From a virus, in IMG/VR virus record IMGVR_UViG_3300044675_005482, positions 32,001 through 96,000 of that record: a stretch of DNA of 64,000 nucleotides; one strand, given 5' to 3'. Both the position numbers and the translations under genes were made by a program. Below the pieces are notes generated by a model, which was not told where the DNA came from, did no database searches, and saw only the letters and a program-made list of their open reading frames with translations. Shown here piece after piece: positions 58,197 to 64,000 of this stretch (positions within the stretch are counted from its first letter, which is position 1; each line of letters starts with the position of its first letter).

Positions 58197-58354
58197 GAAA
58201 GACTGAAAGAATAAGGGCTCTAGAGATAGAGCAATCCGCTTTAAAGGCACAATTAGACCTGCTTACAGAAACATTGTTAACTTTAATAGACATTCGTAGT
58301 CTAGAAAAGACTACTCTAGAGTCTGGCAAGTGGTATACAAAACCTAAAGAATAG
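58193..58354 (+). CDS. 53-aa coiled-coil microprotein (not in ORF track)
   Basis: MRKTERIRALEIEQSALKAQLDLL...GKWYTKPKE*. Confidence 0.5.
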   Translation: MRKTERIRALEIEQSALKAQLDLLTETLLTLIDIRSLEKTTLESGKWYTKPKE

Positions 58355-58358
58355 GCTA

Positions 58359-58387
58359 TTGACAGCCATTATTCTATTTAGTAGAAT
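58359..58387 (+). promoter_or_regulatory. SigA promoter TTGACA-N17-TAGAAT, leaderless
   Basis: ATG 58394 lies 6 nt after the -10. Confidence 0.75.
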
Positions 58388-58393
58388 AAAGAA

Positions 58394-59335
58394 ATGAATA
58401 CAAAAACTATAGCGCTGATTGCAGCCTTACTAATTGCAGTACCTCAATCTGCTGAAGCTTCTAAGACTTCAGTTAAGAATACTACTATCACAACGCCTTC
58501 ATTGGCAATTCTAGACACTGGACTAGACACCTCTTTGCCGTTCTTTGCTGGCAAAATTGTACACGAAGTTTGTTTTGTTGGCTGGAGCACATGTCCAAAC
58601 GGTTCTGGTTTTCAAGAAGGTCCTGGGTCTGCTGTTGTAAACCCTAAGTTTATTAATACAAATGGATTTGATCATGGAACACAGATGGCCTATATTGCAT
58701 TGGCTACTAATCCAAATATGAATATTGTGTTTGTTAGAATTGTCGGTAATACTTCAGACGGAAGACGACAGATTGTCCCAGATAGCACAATTGAAGGTGC
58801 ATTAAAGTGGGTACTGGCAAATAAAGATAAGTATAATATTCAAGCAGTTGCAATGGCGCAAGGGTCTATGTCAAGAAACACTTCTGCAACAGATTATTGC
58901 GTAAAGATTCCTACAGTAACTTCAGCAGTCGATGCCCTTGTTGCTGCTGGTGTACCTTCTTTCTTCCCTAATGGAAATGATAGAAATTATAATAAGATTA
59001 ATTGGCCAGCATGTATCCCATCAGCAGTTGCGGTTGGATCAACAGACCAAATGGGGTCCATCAACCTATATACAAATCACGATAAGTCTTTGACAGACTT
59101 TTTCTCTCTAGGCAATGCTAAAGTAATGGTTCCTGGTGGATCAATTATTAATGGTGCTGGAACCTCTATCTCTGTTCAAACTGCAGCAGCAAATTGGATT
59201 AAGCTAAAGTCTGCTAAGCCAAATCTCAGTTATCAAGAAACATATAATTTAATTCTTAAAACTGGAAAGGCAACCAAAAATTCAAGAATACCTACTGGTA
59301 TTTTGTTTGATGTGAATGGGGCAATAAATGGATAA
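58394..59335 (+). CDS. Secreted subtilisin-like (S8) serine protease
   Basis: Signal peptide ending AEA; ILDTG, DHGT, NGND and GTS catalytic motifs. Confidence 0.8.
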   Translation: MNTKTIALIAALLIAVPQSAEASKTSVKNTTITTPSLAILDTGLDTSLPFFAGKIVHEVCFVGWSTCPNGSGFQEGPGSAVVNPKFINTNGFDHGTQMAYIALATNPNMNIVFVRIVGNTSDGRRQIVPDSTIEGALKWVLANKDKYNIQAVAMAQGSMSRNTSATDYCVKIPTVTSAVDALVAAGVPSFFPNGNDRNYNKINWPACIPSAVAVGSTDQMGSINLYTNHDKSLTDFFSLGNAKVMVPGGSIINGAGTSISVQTAAANWIKLKSAKPNLSYQETYNLILKTGKATKNSRIPTGILFDVNGAING

Positions 59336-59537
59336 ACAGCAAACTGTAATGGAAGGCATCATTGAAGATGTAGCAACAGACCTATATAATAAATGGTCAG
59401 CAGCACTTCCAGAAGCAGAAAGAAATGATAATGCATTTAGTGCTTTATCAACAAATGCTCACGAGACTACTTTATTTATTATTCAAAACTTTATGAATAG
59501 ATTTAATGAAGCAGCAGAGGAACTAAAAGATAAATGA
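59328..59537 (+). CDS. Hypothetical protein
   Basis: 69-aa helical ORF. Confidence 0.5.
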   Translation: MDKQQTVMEGIIEDVATDLYNKWSAALPEAERNDNAFSALSTNAHETTLFIIQNFMNRFNEAAEELKDK

Positions 59538-59836
59538 AGATTACAGACGACACATTAGACGAAGTTTTAAAGTCTAACGATTTAGTCCTTGTGGATTTCT
59601 GGGCTGAATGGTGCGGACCGTGTTTAAAGATATCTCCAATTCTAGATGAAATATCTAAAGAGACTGGGCTACTCGTTGGTAAGTTAAATATTGATGAGAA
59701 TCCTGTAAAAACATCTGAATATTCAGTTGTCTCTATACCAAATATGATATTATTTAAAGACGGTAAGCCAGTAAAAACCATAATTGGAGCAAAGCCAAAG
59801 CATGCTATGCTAAAGGAGCTTGAAGAATGGATTTAG
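59534..59836 (+). CDS. trxA: Thioredoxin
   Basis: VDFWAEWCGPC. Confidence 0.93.
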   Translation: MKITDDTLDEVLKSNDLVLVDFWAEWCGPCLKISPILDEISKETGLLVGKLNIDENPVKTSEYSVVSIPNMILFKDGKPVKTIIGAKPKHAMLKELEEWI

Positions 59837-60021
59837 AAAACCTAGACTCAGATCATTTAGAGTTTGAGATATGGTTAAAAAATGGCTTTGATCGTGGATG
59901 GGTATCAGATGTATTCTGTAATACTCATGACGGTCCACCTCTTTCAGAAGAAGAGGCGCAAGAATGGGATGAGGGCGGAGATCCGTGCTCTTTCCAAGTT
60001 AAAGTAAATATGCTAAACTAA
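59827..60021 (+). CDS. Hypothetical acidic protein
   Basis: CNTHDG...GGDPC. Confidence 0.55.
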   Translation: MDLENLDSDHLEFEIWLKNGFDRGWVSDVFCNTHDGPPLSEEEAQEWDEGGDPCSFQVKVNMLN

Positions 60022-60070
60022 GTTTCTGTGCTCGCATAAGAGGCAGAATAAATAAGGAGAAATGAATTAA

Positions 60071-61093
60071 ATGAACTCATTTAAGAAAGTATCGCTAATC
60101 ATCGCTGCAGCCCTGACTAGCACAATGCTTGTATCGCCAGCAGCTAACGCTAACGCTGGAACTGTTACCCTAACGGTGGCGGGATCTGCAGCAGTAGGTG
60201 GAACAGTAGTAGGAACTCCTGTATCACTACCAGTACCAGCAGATAACAGTATCGATGCAGCAGATGCATTAAAGATTGCTGTAACATCAGTAGACACTGG
60301 AACAGTAGTAACAGCAGTTGCAACAAATGCAACAATTGTTCCTGCTCTAGCAACAGCATCAGCACCAGTAACTGCATCAAGCGGTTCATCAACACTTTCA
60401 GTTTCAACAGGAACTGGAAATTCAGCAGACTTTTTTGTATATACTAAGTCTACAGCAGTAGGAACAGTTGCGATTACTCGTGCTGGAACTACAACAGTTT
60501 ATTATGTACAAGGTACAGCAGGTGCCCTAAACTCAATCGCAATTACAGCACCAGCATCTGGAGCAGCAGGAACAGTTGCAACACTTAAGGTAGCAGGATA
60601 CGATGTATTCGGAAACCTAAAGGGTGGATCAACAATTAATACTCTTGTAAGCTCAAATGGCGCAGCAGTTGTCACAGCTCTTACAACAGACACAGCAGTA
60701 GCAACACTTGGAACTAAGGAGCAGACAGTTACACTTCCTGCTTCAGGCCAGGTTGTAGTTACAGCATATGCAACAGTAGCATCAGCCGTAACAGGACTTG
60801 CAACACCTGTAGGCTCTGTAGTTGCAACAGTAGCTGTTCGTGATCTTGCAGGAGAACTTGCAGCAACAAATGCTGCTCTTGCAGTAGCAAATGCTGCTCT
60901 TGCAGCAGAAAAGGCTGGACGTGCAGCAGATAAGGTTGCCTCAGATAAGGCCCTTGCAGACGCATCAGCAAAGCTTGCAACCGATAAGGCAGCAGCGGAT
61001 CTTGCTAAGGCTACTTACATTGCAGAGTATAATGCTCTAGCAAAGAAGTGGAACGCAAAGAATCCAAAGGCTAAGGTTAAGCTAAAGAAGTAA
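60071..61093 (+). CDS. Secreted Ala/Thr/Val-rich surface (S-layer-like) protein
   Basis: Signal peptide MNSFKKVSLIIAAAL...ANA, Ig-like beta region (DVFGN), C-terminal coiled coil with Lys-rich end. Confidence 0.65.
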   Translation: MNSFKKVSLIIAAALTSTMLVSPAANANAGTVTLTVAGSAAVGGTVVGTPVSLPVPADNSIDAADALKIAVTSVDTGTVVTAVATNATIVPALATASAPVTASSGSSTLSVSTGTGNSADFFVYTKSTAVGTVAITRAGTTTVYYVQGTAGALNSIAITAPASGAAGTVATLKVAGYDVFGNLKGGSTINTLVSSNGAAVVTALTTDTAVATLGTKEQTVTLPASGQVVVTAYATVASAVTGLATPVGSVVATVAVRDLAGELAATNAALAVANAALAAEKAGRAADKVASDKALADASAKLATDKAAADLAKATYIAEYNALAKKWNAKNPKAKVKLKK

Positions 61094-61101
61094 TGCTTAC
61101 A

Positions 61102-61147
61102 TTAAAGATTGAGGGCAGTATATACTTATATTGTCCTCAATCTTTAA
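61102..61147 (+). terminator. 21-bp stem-loop after the surface-protein gene
   Basis: TTAAAGATTGAGGGCAGTATA-TACT-TATATTGTCCTCAATCTTTAA. Confidence 0.7.
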
Positions 61148-61166
61148 CTTCAACAGAAAGAATAAA

Positions 61167-61310
61167 ATGAATCAAGAAGCCCAAAACATTGAAGATCAAG
61201 TTCGTGAAAAGATAGTCCAAAGCCTTTTGGCATTAACAATACCATCTACATGGAATCCAGACACTACATTGAGATATATAATTAGCTATATTAGTAAAAA
61301 GGATAACTAA
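61167..61310 (+). CDS. 47-aa hypothetical protein (not in ORF track)
   Basis: MNQEAQNIEDQVREKIV...KKDN*. Confidence 0.45.
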   Translation: MNQEAQNIEDQVREKIVQSLLALTIPSTWNPDTTLRYIISYISKKDN

Positions 61311-61313
61311 CAA

Positions 61314-62033
61314 TTGATTAGAACATTGTATGACAAGATATTTGTAATAGAAAATTATATAAGTAAAGACACTTGTAACTTTTTAGCTAACTGTTTTGAG
61401 TCTAGGGTTGTAGAAACAGAAAGAAAAGGTATATTTGGCGGACCATCATATTCAAAAGGCAATAACATTAAAGGCGCCTCAGATGGCCAAAACTTTTTAG
61501 ATTATTCAAACGTTCCTGATTACAACATAGGCGTTGATATTATGGCGGGCATAATAGAAAGAACATGCAGAACAATATCAGACCATTACGATAATCCTTA
61601 TTACTTAAAGAGTATGTTCTGGAGTAAAATGCTTACTGGAGGCAAAAATACTCTTCATATGGATAACTGGTATGAAAATTTTGATGGACAATTAAAGCCA
61701 AGACCATATAACATGTACGATAGATCTGGACTTCTTTACCTAACAGATAACTATCAGGGTGGGGAATTGTATTTCCCTAAGCAGGATCTTAAATTTAAGC
61801 CTAAGGCTGGAACATTTATATTCTTTGAAGGCAATATAGAAGTTCCTCATGAAGTGCTAGAAGTAACTGGTGGTACAAGATGTAATATTATTTCTTTCTA
61901 TGGAGATGCAAATAATTATACACTGGATACAAACTCTATCTTGGATCAATTTCCAATTAATGAAACACAAAGTACTGCAGATAGTTTAAATAACATAAAG
62001 GAGATAATAAAAGAATATGACAGATTCAACTAA
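61314..62033 (+). CDS. 2OG-Fe(II) oxygenase
   Basis: LHMD, YLTDNYQGGELYFP, KPKAG, PHEV, GTR. Confidence 0.85.
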   Translation: MIRTLYDKIFVIENYISKDTCNFLANCFESRVVETERKGIFGGPSYSKGNNIKGASDGQNFLDYSNVPDYNIGVDIMAGIIERTCRTISDHYDNPYYLKSMFWSKMLTGGKNTLHMDNWYENFDGQLKPRPYNMYDRSGLLYLTDNYQGGELYFPKQDLKFKPKAGTFIFFEGNIEVPHEVLEVTGGTRCNIISFYGDANNYTLDTNSILDQFPINETQSTADSLNNIKEIIKEYDRFN

Positions 62034-62220
62034 AAAGACTTTACTAAAAACAACAAGCTGGGAAACTTTTCACCTAGTAGGAGTTGCTGGAGTAATTTAT
62101 TTATTTACTGGTGAATGGGAGTATGCTAGCTTAGGTGCACTTATTTATATCGGCTGGGAAGCTCTTGGATACTTTTTACACGAAAGAGTATGGGCTAAAT
62201 TTGGTGGTAAGGTTAAGTAA
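62017..62220 (+). CDS. DUF2061-like small membrane protein
   Basis: KTLLKTTSW...YFLHERVW. Confidence 0.7.
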   Translation: MTDSTKKTLLKTTSWETFHLVGVAGVIYLFTGEWEYASLGALIYIGWEALGYFLHERVWAKFGGKVK

Positions 62221-62366
62221 TGGGAAAGCATAACGATAAGATTAAAAGAGCATTGGAGCAAAGAATTGCTTCAACTCCAAATGGTGCTGGCTTTAAGAAG
62301 CCTGGATCAATGAATAAGAAGAAGACAGGGTACCGTGGCCAAAAGGCCAGAGGAACATCAAAGTAA
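62220..62366 (+). CDS. 48-aa basic microprotein (not in ORF track)
   Basis: MGKHNDKIKRALEQRIASTPNGAGFKKPGSMNKKKTGYRGQKARGTSK*; TAATG-coupled at both ends. Confidence 0.55.
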   Translation: MGKHNDKIKRALEQRIASTPNGAGFKKPGSMNKKKTGYRGQKARGTSK

Positions 62367-62488
62367 TGTTTAGCGATATATGCGAATGGAATAAATGTGG
62401 CAAGAAAGCTAGCAGGATTGCCGCAAAGCCAGAGGGCGGTATCATAGACATTTGTGACGAATGCTGGCATCAGCATTACAGGTCTTAA
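62366..62488 (+). CDS. 40-aa zinc-finger microprotein (not in ORF track)
   Basis: CEWNKC...CDEC. Confidence 0.5.
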   Translation: MFSDICEWNKCGKKASRIAAKPEGGIIDICDECWHQHYRS

Positions 62489-62497
62489 TCAACTAAA

Positions 62498-62537
62498 TGC
62501 TATAATAGGGTTATAGATGGAATTCTAGACCCATCTA
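62498..62537 (+). promoter_or_regulatory. Extended -10 promoter plus 5' leader hairpin
   Basis: TGCTATAAT; TAGATGG/CCATCTA stem; AGGAG RBS before 62564. Confidence 0.55.
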
Positions 62538-62563
62538 AATAACAAACCTATAGGAGAAATAAA

Positions 62564-62710
62564 ATGTCAGACGGATTAAACTTAACAGGCTTTAATGATG
62601 TAAAGCCAGCAGGAACAAACAATTTGGGAGAGCAGTATGCTGCTGATCCAAAGTCAGCATTCCCATCAACAGACGTATCAAACCAATCTGCAGCACAGGG
62701 CCCAAAGTAA
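62564..62710 (+). CDS. 48-aa low-complexity microprotein (not in ORF track)
   Basis: Own promoter and RBS; MSDGLNLTGFNDVKPAGTNN...QGPK*. Confidence 0.6.
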   Translation: MSDGLNLTGFNDVKPAGTNNLGEQYAADPKSAFPSTDVSNQSAAQGPK

Positions 62711-62713
62711 ACC

Positions 62714-62812
62714 ATGTGTATTGAATGTGGCTGCGAGTCTATCGGAAGCGAAACAGGTATTGCTTCAGTTGTAATAGAAGATACTTCAACGCAGGATAGA
62801 TCAGGAAACTAA
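62714..62812 (+). CDS. 32-aa MCxxCGC peptide (not in ORF track)
   Basis: MCIECGCESIGSETG...RSGN*; TAATG coupling with 62812. Confidence 0.5.
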   Translation: MCIECGCESIGSETGIASVVIEDTSTQDRSGN

Positions 62813-63204
62813 TGATCAAGGGTTTTGACAAGATTGGCCCACTTCAAAAGGCTTCTTTAAGAGAAGGTAATTTTGTTCTTACTGGAGACGAAGAAGATGT
62901 TTTAGTTGGTCGTATCGAATACGTTATGGTCGAAGGATTATTTGGAATACCTGGTTCAGAGTATGCTATTGAAGCATCAGAAGATGAGCCAGCAATTCTA
63001 ATAAGAAAATTCGAACAAGAAGAAGAGAGCGGATTGTGGGAAGAAACTCAATGGCTAATCGGTAAGCCTCTAAAGCTTTGTACATTAATACAACCGCTAC
63101 CTCTTGAAGAAGAAGATTCAATGGCAAAAGCTATTGATACTGATTCCAATATCACAAAGAGCTATTGGAATGGAAGTTTCAGCCCGAAGGGTGCTATAAA
63201 ATAA
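62812..63204 (+). CDS. Acidic hypothetical protein
   Basis: GRIEYVM..G.FG.PGSEYAIEAS. Confidence 0.55.
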   Translation: MIKGFDKIGPLQKASLREGNFVLTGDEEDVLVGRIEYVMVEGLFGIPGSEYAIEASEDEPAILIRKFEQEEESGLWEETQWLIGKPLKLCTLIQPLPLEEEDSMAKAIDTDSNITKSYWNGSFSPKGAIK

Positions 63205-63395
63205 TGTCAGATAACGGTACAGGCATGACGCCACCACCAAATGCAGGATCACCTTCAGGTGCTGTAACTAGTAGAGAAGCTACTAGAAAACAACCAAGAC
63301 AAGGTTTAAAGATAGATACAAACAAACATGGCATACGCAGGGAAACATCTTTAGTTCCTAAACCGCCTAAAAAGTTTGGTAGAAAGAAAGTATAA
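63204..63395 (+). CDS. Basic Pro-rich hypothetical protein
   Basis: ATG coupled to the upstream stop; MSDNGTGMTPPP...GRKKV. Confidence 0.5.
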   Translation: MSDNGTGMTPPPNAGSPSGAVTSREATRKQPRQGLKIDTNKHGIRRETSLVPKPPKKFGRKKV

Positions 63396-63404
63396 CTATA
63401 TAAA

Positions 63405-63434
63405 AAATACAGCCCTAGAAATAGGGCTGTATTT
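63405..63434. terminator. Bidirectional-type intrinsic terminator
   Basis: AAATACAGCCCTA-GAAA-TAGGGCTGTATTT. Confidence 0.75.
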
Positions 63435-63448
63435 ATTTAAGGATAAAC

Positions 63449-63541
63449 ATGTGTAAAAATTGTGGTAACTGTTCAACAGAACATAATGGAAGAACAATAG
63501 ATGATGCAGTTGATGTATCAGAGGCTAGTATAATTATTTAG
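63449..63541 (+). CDS. 30-aa MCxxCGxC peptide (not in ORF track)
   Basis: AAGGA RBS; MCKNCGNCSTEHNGRTIDDAVDVSEASIII*. Confidence 0.4.
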   Translation: MCKNCGNCSTEHNGRTIDDAVDVSEASIII

Positions 63542-63833
63542 ATTTATCAGTAACGGCACGTTCAATTCTATCAATTGAATCACGTAATGAAGATCCACCG
63601 TTATTAAATAACTCGGCTTTGATAATTGCAAGCTCAGTGTCTATTTTATTAAAGTGCTCTTGTCCGTCATTTAGTCTTTGAGTAATTCCAGGCTTTTCAT
63701 CGGTGCCATACCAGTCATCAATAAACTTAAACCATGTACCAAAAAGCTTTACAAACTTAGAAAATAAGTACCCAATCGCAGAGGCGGCAGCACCAATTAA
63801 AACAATCCATTGTAAAGGGTTCATATTTTTCAT
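63534..63833 (-). CDS. Single-TM membrane protein with coiled coil (lysis-associated type)
   Basis: WIVLIGAAASAIGYLF TM; NGGSSLRDSIDRIE motif; start uncertain. Confidence 0.6.
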   Translation of the reverse strand: MKNMNPLQWIVLIGAAASAIGYLFSKFVKLFGTWFKFIDDWYGTDEKPGITQRLNDGQEHFNKIDTELAIIKAELFNNGGSSLRDSIDRIERAVTDKSK

Positions 63834-63898
63834 AATGAACTTATTATACATTCCTGGTAAACTCAATGCAATTAACTAAAAAATGTTTATTATTATGG

Positions 63899-63927
63899 TT
63901 GACAAGGACGTCTATAAATTATATAAT
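63899..63927 (+). promoter_or_regulatory. Consensus SigA promoter TTGACA-N17-TATAAT, leaderless
   Basis: ATG 63934 lies 6 nt after the -10. Confidence 0.75.
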
Positions 63928-63933
63928 AAATAC

Positions 63934-64000
63934 ATGATAAACTTAGTCGAAAAAATCGTATGCCTTTTTAAGGGTCATGACCTATCTTTTGCAGGTACTT
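63934..64000 (+). CDS. 3'-truncated small protein
   Basis: MINLVEKIVCLFKGHDLSFAGT... runs off the window edge. Confidence 0.5.
   Translation, partial: MINLVEKIVCLFKGHDLSFAGT

Noticed and set aside
1-64000. Alternative genetic code, integrase or transposon
   Set aside because: Genes are full length in the standard code with all three stops used; no suppressor tRNA, integrase or transposase recognised

Overview
This 64-kb window is part of a large, AT-rich, long-tailed (siphovirus-like) dsDNA phage genome. A WhiB gene, a short-variable-loop tRNA-Leu(TAA) and many leaderless SigA-type promoters point to an Actinobacterial host, plausibly a low-GC freshwater lineage (inference). Almost all genes are on the + strand. 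Order: (1) neck/tail module, 1-21.6 kb, with major tail protein, tail chaperone with a CCCAAAC -1 frameshift, 2146-aa tape measure and minor tail/fibre proteins; (2) replication/recombination module, 21.7-34.7 kb, with metallophosphoesterase, DnaB, primase, SSB, DnaE, MazG, RecA, resolvases and Cas4-like nuclease; (3) terminase genes, 37.0-39.3 kb; (4) an AT-rich glycan/modification island bounded by tRNA genes, 39.5-48.8 kb, with two SGNH-like paralogues, a NodU/CmcH carbamoyltransferase, three GT61-like paralogues, an NTP-transferase-HAD fusion, a cupin and a GDPD-like enzyme; (5) an accessory region, 48.8-64 kb, with three 2OG-Fe(II) oxygenases, CHAP lysin, Hsp20, SNase, exported surface proteins, WhiB, Ntn protease, subtilase, thioredoxin and many micro-ORFs. 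The best candidate for an undescribed system is a phage-encoded hydroxylate/glycosylate/decorate pathway together with phage-encoded exported surface proteins (virion or infected-cell surface remodelling). Other notable signals: two CDS whose stop codons lie inside tRNA genes, a ROSE-like thermometer on hsp20, a promoter-driven pseudoknot RNA with a uORF, a fixed TANNNT-N6-ATG leaderless architecture, and apparent absence of CCGG and CGCG. All protein calls come from motif recognition by eye; no database searches were run.
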